Shown in pieces: positions 1 to 11,545 of a DNA stretch of 64,000 bases. The stretch comes from Histomonas meleagridis 2922-C6/04-290x. Lineage: Eukaryota > Protista > Parabasalia. The notes beneath the pieces are model-generated. The model was given only the letters and a program-made list of their open reading frames with translations, was not told the origin of the DNA and searched no databases. The DNA lies in NCBI GenBank assembly GCA_020184695.1, contig JAANOX010000083.1, forward strand, positions 372,001-436,000, read 5' to 3'. A program made the translations under genes and the position numbers. Numbering within the stretch: position 1 is the first letter of the stretch; each line of letters opens with the position of its first letter.

Positions 1-2915
1 TCAATTAAAGATTTCGATTGGAATATGATATATGCTTTTAATATTGGCTCAATTAAATTAAAGTTTAATCGAGTTCGTGATGGTAATCTTTGATAAACAT
101 TTAATAAGATTGAAAAATCATTATTAATCGAATATATATATGAATCAATTTGTTCATCTAATGGTGACGCTATAGTAATTTTACAATTTATAGCTAATTT
201 TAATATATCTAAAAATATTTTACATTTATCTTTCTCAGGTTTCTTTGATATTTCATTTGATATTTTATTAATATTTGGTCGAATGATATATAAACTTATA
301 AATAACTTTTTAATTGATGTAATATCTTGTCGTTCAAATAATTTATGTAATAAATCTAATGGAAATGAATCTGGATAATAAAATACTATAGCTAATATTA
401 AATCACTTACCATTAAATCATCAATTTCTAATAATTGTGGTATTGATGAAGTAATAGAATCAGAATTAGATGAAAATAACATAGCTGTTAATATTTGGAA
501 GATATAATCTATGTTTTGTTGTGTCTTTAATGATTCTAAAATTAAATTCGAATATAATGATTTAAGTTGTGAATTATTATCATGTTCCCATAATCCTTTA
601 TTACTTAATGATAAAAGTAATTTTAATTTATCTTCATTAAGTATAGTATTTGCAGGATTAATAGAATTAATGAATTTACAAATAATATTAATAATTTCTC
701 TTAAACTAAAGAAGATTTTTAAGATATCAACAAGAATTGAAAAATGTTGTAATAATAATTTTTGTGTTAATGTATTAAATGAATTTTTAACTTTATCAGT
801 AACATTATATTCTGATATAATTTTACATAATTGATCAAATATTTGTTTAATTTTCTCAACGTTTTCTTTCTTTGGATTTAATTGATATGAATGTGCAGCT
901 AAATTTAATAAATATGGTAAAGTTCTAATTAAATTTCTATATTCTCGTGCAGATTGATCATTATCTAACGATTTAATAATTAATTGTAATAATATATCTG
1001 CTAACATTTTAAGTGATTCACTATTTTCTTTAATATCAAACTTCGAATTAATAATTTCTTCTACTAAACTTGAATATTCAGAACCTGCTCTTGATAATAA
1101 TTCGCCATACATTGATATTAATGAATTAAATGCATCTTGTGCACATTCAGGAATCGTAGAAATAATTTCGCATAATACTAATGTAATTTCAGGAGTAAAT
1201 TTCGCCCATTCACTCATGCCGCAAAACATGAAATTAGAGATATTATTCTTTAATTCATTCTTAAAGTTTTGATAATTTAATAATTTAAATAACGCAGGAT
1301 CTTGTGTTAATAATGTCGATGTATAAAACAATTGGATATCAAGTTTACCGATTGTTTTAGCATTATCAGGCTGATTTAATTTGAAATCAGTTGGTTTAAT
1401 TTTCTTAACATCTGTTATAGGATATAATTTAATACTTGTAAGTGCATTTTGATTAAAACATCCAATGTCATTAGTAATATGGAAAACACCATAAGCACAT
1501 GGTGAAAATTTACTTTCTGCAAACCCAATTTTATCAACTTGGATTAATAAATATAATGATGAGAATGTTGAATCAGTCTTCGTTAAATCAATTGTCGTAG
1601 TTTCAAAGACATTTTCATCATATTTACCATTAAATATTGGTGAACACCATAATGTTGAATCATATGATGTTTCCATAATACTTTCGAATCCTTTTGTAAA
1701 TGCTTTAGTATTACTATCAATTAATTTTAATATAAATCTCGTCTTAGAATGTCGTGCTTTTAATGTTAAGTTACTTAAGTTAATATTTAATAATGAGCGC
1801 TTCTCTTTTAATGATATAGTTGACGGTAATGATAATGGTGGAACTATACTATAAGTTTGTAAGTTTTGACTACTGACAATTTCTTCAGTAATACCAAAAT
1901 GTGGTGTAATAGTAGTTTGGAAATATGGTGTACATCGTGTAATGTTCTTTTCGATTTGTGGCGGTATCGGATCTTGTGTTACTTTCTGATGCATTATATG
2001 TCGTATAGATCCTTTAGATACCATAGATTGGATTTCTGTTGTTGTGCTTTTGCCCATATTTTCTTCTTGGATTTGTTCAAGTCCAACACATGCAAATGAT
2101 ACAAATTTTCGTTCATCTGCAACACCTTCTAAATGTGTTTTTATGTTATACGTATAAATACATAAATATATTTTGGTGGATAAATCACGTTTGTCTAATT
2201 CTTCAAATAATAAATCTGCATTGGAATAATTCGGCGATAAAAATACTGATACAGATGAACTTATAAATGTGTTTTTGTTGGGATTATATAATATAAGGCG
2301 ACAAACAACCGGATTCTTAAGCATTTTGACATTGATATTAACATGTAATACAATTGAACTGTTTTTAGAGACATCATCAACAATCTGTGTGGAAGTGCCA
2401 AAGACATCTCGGCCCCATGTTGATAATGTTGCTAACGACGAAAAAAATGATCGTGGATTACGAGGCAATTGAAGTACTTGACGAAGGTTATCGACATTGG
2501 TTGATAATGTAACGTGAGATGCAAGTGTATGAGCACCTGCATGTTTTTGACATAATTCAGCTTGTTTAACTACATCAATAATACGTTGACTAATTTGTAC
2601 AGCCATCGCTGGTGATACTTTAAGAAGTGCATTCAATGCGTATTTGATGGTAAGACCTGACTCAATGAATAAAATATCGTTTGATTTGGAAAGTAAAGAA
2701 TTTTGATCTAAATTAGTACCTTCATAAAAATCACAACATACCTCTGGAAAAATTCCTATTTTTCCTGTGTATAAATTTTTACCACGGAGCCAACCATCTG
2801 TTGCTTCAACAACATTGAAATGATCACCGACAAAAACTGTTATTTGATGAGGTCCTCTTTCAATGTAAGTATGTGTGATAACAGCAATTCCTTCTTTCTT
2901 TTTCCAGGAGCTCAT
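1..2915 (-). CDS. DOCK-A/B family Rac GEF (N-terminal SH3, DOCK_N, DHR-1/C2 region), 3' end runs off the window
   Basis: Not in the ORF track; translated by hand (from the ATG at 2915 to about position 880, no stops met). Starts MSSWKKKEGIAVITHTYIERGPHQITVFVGDHFNVVEATDGWLRGKNLYTGKIGIFPEVC (SH3, like DOCK1 ...GWYRG...KGIFP). Later TSTLLTQDPALFKLLNY matches the DOCK1/2 STKLTQNVDLLGLLKW motif after DHR-1. Confidence 0.85.
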   Translation of the reverse strand, partial: MSSWKKKEGIAVITHTYIERGPHQITVFVGDHFNVVEATDGWLRGKNLYTGKIGIFPEVCCDFYEGTNLDQNSLLSKSNDILFIESGLTIKYALNALLKVSPAMAVQISQRIIDVVKQAELCQKHAGAHTLASHVTLSTNVDNLRQVLQLPRNPRSFFSSLATLSTWGRDVFGTSTQIVDDVSKNSSIVLHVNINVKMLKNPVVCRLILYNPNKNTFISSSVSVFLSPNYSNADLLFEELDKRDLSTKIYLCIYTYNIKTHLEGVADERKFVSFACVGLEQIQEENMGKSTTTEIQSMVSKGSIRHIMHQKVTQDPIPPQIEKNITRCTPYFQTTITPHFGITEEIVSSQNLQTYSIVPPLSLPSTISLKEKRSLLNINLSNLTLKARHSKTRFILKLIDSNTKAFTKGFESIMETSYDSTLWCSPIFNGKYDENVFETTTIDLTKTDSTFSSLYLLIQVDKIGFAESKFSPCAYGVFHITNDIGCFNQNALTSIKLYPITDVKKIKPTDFKLNQPDNAKTIGKLDIQLFYTSTLLTQDPALFKLLNYQNFKNELKNNISNFMFCGMSEWAKFTPEITLVLCEIISTIPECAQDAFNSLISMYGELLSRAGSEYSSLVEEIINSKFDIKENSESLKMLADILLQLIIKSLDNDQSAREYRNLIRTLPYLLNLAAHSYQLNPKKENVEKIKQIFDQLCKIISEYNVTDKVKNSFNTLTQKLLLQHFSILVDILKIFFSLREIINIICKFINSINPANTILNEDKLKLLLSLSNKGLWEHDNNSQLKSLYSNLILESLKTQQNIDYIFQILTAMLFSSNSDSITSSIPQLLEIDDLMVSDLILAIVFYYPDSFPLDLLHKLFERQDITSIKKLFISLYIIRPNINKISNEISKKPEKDKCKIFLDILKLAINCKITIASPLDEQIDSYIYSINNDFSILLNVYQRLPSRTRLNFNLIEPILKAYIIFQSKSLI

Positions 2916-3513
2916 TGGTCTTTTTCTATTTTCAATCAATCAATTGTAATGGGCCCTTTCAAATTTGAGTGTCCCGACAATTGTTAACAATTGTTGTTAA
3001 ATAACCGTTCGATGTAAAATGACATTTCTGAATAATCCAGGCAATTTTTTCTTATGGAGGAAAATGCATATATCATTTTGTCTGATAAAGAAAATATTAT
3101 GTTATTCAATTAATAAAATAATGATGTGTAAATAACAATTATTAATAAATTGAAAAAATAATGCAAAAGAAAATAAAGTCGAGATCAAAGATTTCTTTTC
3201 AAAGATAAGAAATGTAAGCATTCAAAATTGAATGTAATAAAATGAATTTAGGGGATGTGGGGTTTTAAGGATCTCAAATATCATACATGAAATCATTTAC
3301 ATTATAAACAATTGTTAAGCATATATTAAAATAACAATAAACTATTCCTATAGATGAAAACAAATCATAAGTGGCTAAATAATTTAACGATGAAAACTCA
3401 TATATTTCAATTTTTCATAAATCACTCAAAAATACCAATTTACCCAAAATTGAATAAATTAAAAGTGGAATCAGAAATTTAACAAAAGTGACATTCAACA
3501 ATCAAAAGTGACA

Positions 3514-4545
3514 TCAATCAAGTCCAGACAAAATTTGTTGAATCAATTCCTTACATCTATTATTAATAGCTTCACTGGAACTATATTTTAGTGGGTTCAT
3601 TTTAGGGAATGAGTCCAAAATGAGCTTCATTTTATCTGGAGGAATTCGATTATTTGCTGCATAATCAAGAAAAATTAGTTGTGAAGCACATGCAACTGAT
3701 TTAAACTGTATATACTTATGTTTTTCTTGTGTAATCGGGTCATTTGAACTTGGCGGTATTTCATTTACAACATAACTTGAGGTCTGCATTAATTGTTCTA
3801 ATATCGTATCAACTGATATAGGATTCGGTAAATCAAATGTGTTCAAGCTAGACGCTGGCATAAGCTTAACGAGGTTCTGTGGAGGAACATAACATGGAGT
3901 TATGTCGGGTTGAAAGAATGAAACAAGAATGTATTCTTTGTCCATAATCTTTTTTGATCCCAAAACACGACAAACAAAAGCAGGACCATTTCCACTAGGA
4001 AGAGCTGCCAAGGACCCGAATTTTAGTTCTGATGCACTTGAACATGCTCTTGGAAGGGTTCTGTTGAGTGGTGGAAGAATAGGAATTTTTGTTTGCTGCT
4101 GTTGTTGAACAATTAATGAAAGACCCTCTGAAATTGAGCGGGAACGTGTTGGAAGTGGAGGTGGAAGTGTAGGAGCAGGTTCATTTTCTGCTTCATTTCG
4201 CGCATACTTTGCTCTAAATTTAAGAGGCATTGTTTTCATTGTTTGATAAAGTGGTGATGCTAAATTTGCCACGGATTTGGCGCTTTTCATCTGAAGAGAT
4301 CTATTATTTCTCTTGATTCGAACACCAGCAATAATAGCAACATATTGCTCATTGGCTGCCATTGCAATATCTTTAGTGGGTGTTTGAGCATCTAATAAAG
4401 AACGTTTGAATCGCCTGATAAAAGAACGAACTTGAGGAAGTGGACGAGTTGAACAATTTGAAAGTAACATGTCGTCTTTTTGCTGCTCAAGGCGAACAAT
4501 AGAACGAATGCTTTCAACCTCTTCATTGGTAAAAGGCGCAAACAT
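3514..4545 (-). CDS. Hypothetical 343-aa protein, possibly LIN-9/ALWAYS EARLY-like (N-terminal SANT-like helix bundle, central Tudor-like segment)
   Basis: ATG-initiated ORF with coding-like composition. FTNEEVESIR...RPLPQVRSFIRRFKRSLL...IAMAANEQY resembles the ALY N-terminus. ELKFGSLAAL...FVCRVLG...YILVSFFQPDITPCYVP resembles a Tudor fold. Family call is tentative. Confidence 0.7.
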   Translation of the reverse strand: MFAPFTNEEVESIRSIVRLEQQKDDMLLSNCSTRPLPQVRSFIRRFKRSLLDAQTPTKDIAMAANEQYVAIIAGVRIKRNNRSLQMKSAKSVANLASPLYQTMKTMPLKFRAKYARNEAENEPAPTLPPPLPTRSRSISEGLSLIVQQQQQTKIPILPPLNRTLPRACSSASELKFGSLAALPSGNGPAFVCRVLGSKKIMDKEYILVSFFQPDITPCYVPPQNLVKLMPASSLNTFDLPNPISVDTILEQLMQTSSYVVNEIPPSSNDPITQEKHKYIQFKSVACASQLIFLDYAANNRIPPDKMKLILDSFPKMNPLKYSSSEAINNRCKELIQQILSGLD

Positions 4546-5086
4546 GCCGAGAGTTGAATTAAAATTTAATGACTCTGTTTGGCGGGAAAAGTGACCTTAA
4601 ATAACGTTAAAAAAGTTTACAGCAAAGTGTTAAAACAAAAAATGAAAGAATACGTACCAAGAATTGACGATGTATCAACAAACCTACATCAACGAATAGT
4701 ATGTTTTATTTTATAACTTCCTTTGCTTTCTTAACTTTCTGTTCAATTGCCAGATGAAAGCTCGTTTACTGTAAACTAAAATTGTGTAGCGTAAAATGAT
4801 ATGCTTAATACATTATCGAAAATTAATTTTTATTGATTTATATTGTTAACAGATATTATTTGTATAAATATCAAATAAAAAATTTTCTTTAGAAATAAAC
4901 TTGCATTAGCGCATTAAAGTTTTAACCATATTTCGATTTAATGGATGATTGTTTTTAAAATAAGAATTTGTGCTGTGTTTTTTTATTGCTGGGTGTAAAA
5001 TCCCGTTTATTTTTCAAAAACCGGTTTCCCAATCGAACCTATTACATAAACTTCTCAAAAAACGCGGCTTCAAGACCAGATCCAAA

Positions 5087-5317
5087 ATGTCCTACCCTTT
5101 GATTTGTTTTGAGCGCACATCAATTCGAAACTCAGTTTACAGGTTTGACCCAGAAGATGTCGGCAGATCTCTTCGTCGTCCCCATTGTCCTAAATTGTTT
5201 TTCATGAAAAATAATTTTCTAAACTCAACAACAAGAAAAAATTTCGATCCAAATACTTTTGACAAACCCAAAAGCGTGATGGCAACTTCAAATTTAGACG
5301 GCTACGAATATCAATAA
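5087..5317 (+). CDS. Small hypothetical protein (76 aa, MSYPLICFERTS...GYEYQ)
   Basis: ATG at 5087 within track ORF 4970..5317; GC content is higher than the flanking intergenic DNA. No recognisable domain. Confidence 0.45.
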   Translation: MSYPLICFERTSIRNSVYRFDPEDVGRSLRRPHCPKLFFMKNNFLNSTTRKNFDPNTFDKPKSVMATSNLDGYEYQ

Positions 5318-5442
5318 TTATGTTAATATATAATTCTATATAGTTAGATTAAAAACTTATTTAATATTTACTTTGCAAGAATATTTTCCCGTAGAAGTTA
5401 TTTCAAAATAAGAATAATTCAAAAATTGAGAAAATTGTTTAA

Positions 5443-6024
5443 TTATTCATCATCCTCATGAGAATACAATGTAGAGATAACATATGACTGCCTTCTCGCA
5501 GTGTCTTCTGGTGCTTCTTTAATTTCACCTGTTTCTACTGCATTGGAAATCAAATCATTTAATTTTAATATCAAACCTTTTAGATCACTTTCAGAGGCTG
5601 TAAGATCATCACTCTTTAAACAAGATTCGGTAATTTTGAAAACTGATTTTTGAATGATTTCGATGAATGAAAGAGTTTTTTCCCCAATTTTTTGGGATCC
5701 GATTGGTGTCTGTTCGGAATTTTGAAGCGCATGTTCAATGATACCACTTGCATCTGCTGATTCACTAGCTGAAATAAGAAGTTTGGCCTTTTGTGAAAGA
5801 AGTTGTTCTTGAAGAGCTTTGCGCTTGTCTTCAACTTCAGCAAGTTCACTGCTCAATTTAGCCACTTGTGTCAGTTGTTCCCTTTGAGAATTTAATAAGC
5901 TGTTTTGAATTTGTTCCAATTTTTTTAGATAAAGATTTTCTTCTGTTACTACTTGCTCTTCCTCCCTAATTTCTTTCAAAATCGCATTGATGCTGTCCAT
6001 AGTATTTGTTTGCTTTTTGGTCAT
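5443..6024 (-). CDS. Hypothetical coiled-coil protein (193 aa)
   Basis: ATG ORF with heptad-rich E/Q/L/K N-terminal half. Confidence 0.75.
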   Translation of the reverse strand: MTKKQTNTMDSINAILKEIREEEQVVTEENLYLKKLEQIQNSLLNSQREQLTQVAKLSSELAEVEDKRKALQEQLLSQKAKLLISASESADASGIIEHALQNSEQTPIGSQKIGEKTLSFIEIIQKSVFKITESCLKSDDLTASESDLKGLILKLNDLISNAVETGEIKEAPEDTARRQSYVISTLYSHEDDE

Positions 6025-6615
6025 TTGAAAATTGCTGAAGCTGAATATTTAGGGTGGCCCAATTTCTTTTCATCAAAAAAATCATTTCTTACTTTATTCT
6101 TGATTGAAACAATGCACATTTTAAGACAGCGAAAAACAAAGCTTGAAGTGTTAAAGATTTTGGCTTTATTTAATTTGTATTTTTGAAATCATATTTTAAT
6201 ATAGTTAAATAAAAAATTAGCAAACGAATTCAACCCAATGACTTTTCATGAATTTCGATTGAGAAAGTAATTTCTCTTCGAGGTCGAAAAGAGCGTTTAA
6301 ACGAAAGTCATTTTATACGCGACCGTTTATTGCATTTTGGAAGAAAACTTTTTTGTCCAAAAAATAAATTTGACCAAGTATCAATCAAACTAATTCCTAT
6401 AGTAATGCTAACAATATTCGGTGCGCTTTGCATCTTCGCTCTTGACTAGGTCAAATTTTTCCCCATTGAAAGAATTTCTTTCTAAAGAAATGGCAGAAAT
6501 AACGAAAAAAGAAAAAAATCTAAACTGTCAAAAATTTTTTCAATTTCTTAATTCAAATTTGACTTAACGGTGATTATTTGTCGCTGAAATTTCTTTCGGA
6601 AGGCCACAATAAAAA

Positions 6616-8100
6616 ATGTTCTTTTGGAATTATCATAGCTCAAACACAATTAATGAACTTCTTAAAAAAGAAAATGTGGAACTTACTGAAATTCTTGATG
6701 AGAGCTCTCTTTCTTCTGTTTTACGAAATTCAAATCAAGAATTAATCGATTATTTTCAAAAGCCAGAAATTATAGAACAGCTCTTTGACTGGGCTCTTAC
6801 GGAAAAGTACAAGGATTGTCCAAAGGGACAAAAGTATTCGCGTTCTTCTGTCACTGTTTTTATCAATTCTCAACCATTAATGCAACAAAACTTCCTTCAA
6901 AGCGATATATTTATCGGAAGGTTAAAGAGGTATATTCAAGGTTGCGATTTAGAGCCTTTTCTTGTCGGAAATTTCCAAAGAATAATTGAAACTTATACAC
7001 GTTTAACTAATGGCACTTTTCTCGAAAAATTCCCTGAAATATTTGATTTCTTGATGAAGAACATTTCTTACTTAGGCATTTTTGAGCTTTTTATCTATTT
7101 AGTTACAGAATCCCCATTTAAAAATAGTATCACTGAGGATCTTTGGCAACAATATATAAACCTATCCAACACTGAATCTGGGTACAACATTGTTATATCC
7201 ATTCAACAAGCAATCAAAAAATGTGAAGATTTAAAGTCAATTTTCCAAACCGATGAAAATCTTCAATCATTATTAAAGACAGCTACAACCACAAACAATA
7301 AGATTCTTGCTACAGAAACATTCAATCTCATCGAAGAACTTTTCTCATCAAATCTTGATAATCCAATTATTCACGAATATGCAGCAAACTTCAAATATCA
7401 AAACGACTGTACCCTCTCATCTGCAATCCGCGTTTTCCGTGACCTCAAACCCGAAGTTATTGATTTCATATTCACATTTCCAATCAGCACTTTTGTTATC
7501 GAAGCGGTTGAAACGGTTTTTCAATCAAAAACCGTCGAAGAGCAGGCAAAGATCGTTGAAGAGAACAATATTCTTAATAGACTTATTGAGAATTCCATGA
7601 AACACAGGACTGAAGGACGTCTTGTTGATTTTGCAGAAATTATTTCAAAGATTGAAGGAATCCCAACAACAGATGTATGGAAACAATTTTGTCAAAATGA
7701 ACTTCGTAACAAGTTAACAAAACGAAACTCCAGCTATGGAGGTAGTCTTCCTTCACGTATGGGACTTTATACTGATACCGATGAAGATGAAGATGATGAC
7801 AATGACGATGATGATGAAGAATTAGCTGACTCAGACGAATTCCTTGATACCCAAATCGACATTCCTGCCTTCTCATCCGATGATAGCCTTGATCATGATT
7901 ATTCTGATGATGAAGATCATATTGGCGGTTCTCCAAAATCAGAAACAAAAGATGAAGAAAAGCCAAGTGTAGCAATACCTCTTTTAGACATACAGAACAA
8001 GGTTGACAAAACCAATTTACCGCCACCTCTAGAATCACCAAATCTACCAAATTCAACAACAGAAGAAACGAAGGACAGTGACTCAAATGACGCCCAATAG
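6616..8100 (+). CDS. SIT4/PP6 phosphatase-associated protein (SAPS family)
   Basis: N-terminus MFFW...INELLKKENVELTEILDE...NQELIDYF is typical of SAPS; helical body and long acidic C-terminal tail. Confidence 0.85.
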   Translation: MFFWNYHSSNTINELLKKENVELTEILDESSLSSVLRNSNQELIDYFQKPEIIEQLFDWALTEKYKDCPKGQKYSRSSVTVFINSQPLMQQNFLQSDIFIGRLKRYIQGCDLEPFLVGNFQRIIETYTRLTNGTFLEKFPEIFDFLMKNISYLGIFELFIYLVTESPFKNSITEDLWQQYINLSNTESGYNIVISIQQAIKKCEDLKSIFQTDENLQSLLKTATTTNNKILATETFNLIEELFSSNLDNPIIHEYAANFKYQNDCTLSSAIRVFRDLKPEVIDFIFTFPISTFVIEAVETVFQSKTVEEQAKIVEENNILNRLIENSMKHRTEGRLVDFAEIISKIEGIPTTDVWKQFCQNELRNKLTKRNSSYGGSLPSRMGLYTDTDEDEDDDNDDDDEELADSDEFLDTQIDIPAFSSDDSLDHDYSDDEDHIGGSPKSETKDEEKPSVAIPLLDIQNKVDKTNLPPPLESPNLPNSTTEETKDSDSNDAQ

Positions 8101-8699
8101 ATAGAATTAGTTATATACAAGTACTTAACTCGAAGCACATGACCAAAAGAAAACATATTCTTAAATAAAGAATTTAATTAAACAAGACATGTGATGTGAA
8201 ATTTTATCATGTGTTAACTTTCAGTTGCTGTTTTCTGTCTGATAATTTGTTTCAAACGTCAATAGCTCTCTTATCAATGTCAGCTAATTGGGCAATTAAT
8301 CCGTTTGTGATTTTTCCTCATTAATTTCCTTTTGAAATTGCATTCAGTTTTTCGATTCCATTAATTATAATAGCGACTATATTCTTTGTTTTGTTTCTCT
8401 TCGACTCTACATCAAAATTATGTTTGCTTTTAATGATCTTATTAATAATTATTAATGTTCCAATTGGATGTTTGGTTTAACATCACCTAGAAGTCTTGAT
8501 GGATCGAAAAATGGAATAACAATTGGACAAACACAAGATATTCTATGTCTTTTCAGTTAGAAAAGATGTGAAATAAAAAGCATCGTCTTGACCCAACAAT
8601 TGCTGATTGTCCATTCACCTCAGTTTCTGGTTGCAAAAACATGGATACACATACAACACCATCAGGTCTTTATCACATAAATCGTGTTTCTTGTTTTCT

Positions 8700-9868
8700 A
8701 TTTGCTCATTTTTTGTTGCACTTTCCAGCCATATATTACCAATTACCAATTCATTTGATATCTAATTATCTTTTGGTGTAACACCAGTTACAACTAATGT
8801 ATAAAAGTCATAATAATAACTATAATAAGATGAATAATATCTCACAGTGTAATCCTAATAAATGACATTTGAACGAATGTGTTAAAGTTAAAGTTACATC
8901 AGATGGAAGTGAATCTGAATAAGCAACTGATGCAGTGAATGTGTTCGACTTGGTGAATGTATCACTTTGTGCGCATGTGAATGCGAGTGTTGGCGGGAGA
9001 CATTCGTCAAGTGTTGTTCCCTTAGTAACATTAATATTTCCAAATGTTTCATTTTGATATGTTTCTAATGTCATAAATGTTGTCGCATTATGTAAATGCA
9101 TTTACATTACATATTATTTTGCTTTTTATGCAATTATTGATAATGAAGAATAAAATTCATCGAAAATGTATTAACATAAGTATTTGAATCAAAATTATTT
9201 TTTGATTTCGTAAATGTGTTTGAATTAGCAAATGTATATATGTTAGTAAATGTATTTGAGTTAGTGAATGTATCACTTTGTGTGTATGTGAATGTGCGTG
9301 TTGGCAGGAGACATTCGTCAAGTGTTGTTCCCTTAGTAACATTAATATTTCCAAATGTTTCATTTTGATATGTTTCTATTGTCATAACTGTTGTCGCATT
9401 GATATTAACAAATGCATCATTTTGTATTTCTGGTGAAGTTTCTCCATTAAAATGAATACATTGAAGTGATGTACAATTAGTAAATGCACATGAATTAATA
9501 TATTGAACATTTTCATCAATAAAAATTCTTTCTAAATTATTACAACTTGCAAAAGCATAATTCATAATAGAAATGACTGATTTAGGAATTGTAAATGTTT
9601 TACTTTTCATATTTGGATAACTAATAATTTGTGTAATTTCTTTATTATATAAAACGCCATCATTTTCATAATTCGAATATCCAATGTTTTCTTCTGAAAC
9701 ATTAATAAATTGAAGATTTGTACATTCTAAAAATGGATTTCCAATGGAAGTAACAGAAATTGATAAATGATTTATTTTGTTTGCTGTTTGAATTTTTTGT
9801 GAAAATATTTGACTCTTTATGTGTTTTATCTGATCAATTGGCATATAATTAATGCTATTGTTATGCAC
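8700..9868 (-). pseudogene. Fragmented BspA-like (TpLRR) surface protein relic
   Basis: Track ORFs 9134..9868 and 8820..9101 encode TpLRR repeats (IPKSVISIMNYAFASCNNL) and the BspA cap/Ser-Thr stalk. The 5' end lacks an ATG start and signal peptide, the stalk is duplicated, and the tail (YSYYYDFYTLVVTG...) is frameshifted with stops. Confidence 0.8.
8953..9400. repeat. 137-bp direct duplication (8953-9089 and 9264-9400) inside the BspA relic
   Basis: Both copies share cattcgtcaagtgttgttcccttagtaacattaatatttccaaatgtttcattttgatatgtttcta; both translate ...TYQNETFGNINVTKGTTLDECL.... Confidence 0.9.
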
Positions 9869-10009
9869 ATAACAAAATGCATTTTCATTGTTTTATTGTC
9901 AGTAAGAGAATTAAAATAATATTTATTTCGAATAAAAACATGCTTGTTGAAATTTACGAGGAGGATGAAAGTGCCAATGTGAATTAATATTATAATTAAT
10001 TGAGAATGT

Positions 10010-10560
10010 CCAGTTGATTATGAAGAACTTTCAAAGAATGATTGGGAACTTCATAAGCAATTAATTAAAGAAGGAGTTAATCCAAATGAACTTGCGAAAA
10101 TAATTAGAAATGTGAAATAGGAAAACTTCAAGAAATTTCATCACAAAATGATTTCGATTTTAATCAAAAAATTAAACCATCACTTTATGAAAGGTGTTCA
10201 TTCATTAATTCACAAAATGTTACACTAATTTTTGGATCTGTTAAATGCTTTAAATATTGACTTATGAATGGTGCAAAATTAGATAGCACAGGTAAATATA
10301 CAGTTGCAGGAGGAAATGAAGAAATCATTCATCATTTGAAGATGCACATTTTATGCGAATGAAACAGCATTTGAATTTCATCGAAATTATATATTTAAAT
10401 ATCTTTATGAAAATAAATCAGAAAATAATGAAGTTGATAATTTATTAAATCAAAGTATTATATATAATTATGAAATTCCAATATTTTTAAACAAAAAAAG
10501 GAAATAAAATATTTTTTTATACAAATATTTCACAAATAAACACTTAAAGAGGTTATATTA
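10010..10560 (+). pseudogene. Ankyrin/DUF3447-family relic (N-terminal region only)
   Basis: Hand translation gives EELSKNDWELHKQLIKEGVNPNELAKIIRN...FNQKIKPSLYERCSFIN...FGSVKCFKY*LMNGA...VAGGNEEII, with frameshifts and stops. Clear paralog of 39630..40010. Confidence 0.8.
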
Positions 10561-10614
10561 CATTATAGAGGCAGTACTTTTGGAATGTTATAACATTTAT
10601 TGTGTCACATTAGA

Positions 10615-11085
10615 TTAAAACGAACCTGAAATGTATCGGAAAATTGTGTTCTTTTCGATTTCTGTAAATTGGCTTTCGTCAAAAATATGAATGTCATTGC
10701 TATCGTTAAGAAATCCTGTGAACTTATCGAGCTCACTTAACGCCTTAAGATCTCTTTGCTCAGTTTGTTCTAATGGTACAAATTCGTCATTATTTTCAGT
10801 GTTATTTACATTGCCGATATTAACAAAATTTTTTGAAGTAAATACATATTCTTGAACATATTTTCTTATTACAGGCAACTTTTGTTTGATGAGTTTTGAT
10901 GAGTAGTTTTTTTTAATAAAAAGCTCTGTTCCAATAAATAAGTATACATCATACAACGTAAATGTTGGAGATACATTATCAACAATATCCAAAAAAGATT
11001 GGATGTATTGCTCAAATTCTCTTTTTTGTGTTAGGTCAATCTCCTGATTAGGGTCATTTGCTTTGTTGTTTTCTGATAATTCCAT
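10615..11085 (-). CDS. Hypothetical protein (156 aa)
   Basis: ATG ORF with coding-like composition; AAAAGTGAC motif about 20 nt upstream on the same strand. Confidence 0.65.
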   Translation of the reverse strand: MELSENNKANDPNQEIDLTQKREFEQYIQSFLDIVDNVSPTFTLYDVYLFIGTELFIKKNYSSKLIKQKLPVIRKYVQEYVFTSKNFVNIGNVNNTENNDEFVPLEQTEQRDLKALSELDKFTGFLNDSNDIHIFDESQFTEIEKNTIFRYISGSF

Positions 11086-11545
11086 TGGATCAAAAAACCT
11101 CCCGTGTCACTTTTCGCAAATCATTGAGCCAAATAAGTCGCAAACAATTCTTTAGTTGAATTCCTTTTTTTATTTTTTATTATCAAAACTTCTTTACAAT
11201 TGATAAATCATTGAGTTTTATTTTTAAGTCAGTAAAGTTTCAGAACGATATAGTTGAATGAATGAAAAATCATTGTATTTATATTCAAAAAATGGTAAGC
11301 ATTTGCTGCTACATGACACACGAAAAATTAAATAAAGTAGAACTACTGTTCCTTTATGAAAGAGCGATTATCATTTCATTCACGGCTGTTTAATATTACA
11401 TTTCAAGCCAAAATGCGAACACTCTCTTTAATTCACATCACCTGCAAATGTTTAAAGAACATCGAATTAAATCATTACACAATGTAAACACATCGACAAA
11501 ACGACTAATCAATTACCAAAAGATATATTTTTATTTATGAAACAT

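Noticed and set aside
511-2472. Plus-strand track ORFs 511..834, 1866..2099, 2039..2266 and 2269..2472
   Set aside because: Antisense shadows of the DOCK reading frame.
2977-2994. Perfect 18-bp palindrome acaattgttaacaattgt upstream of DOCK
   Set aside because: AT-rich, single occurrence, no flanking structure to suggest an element.
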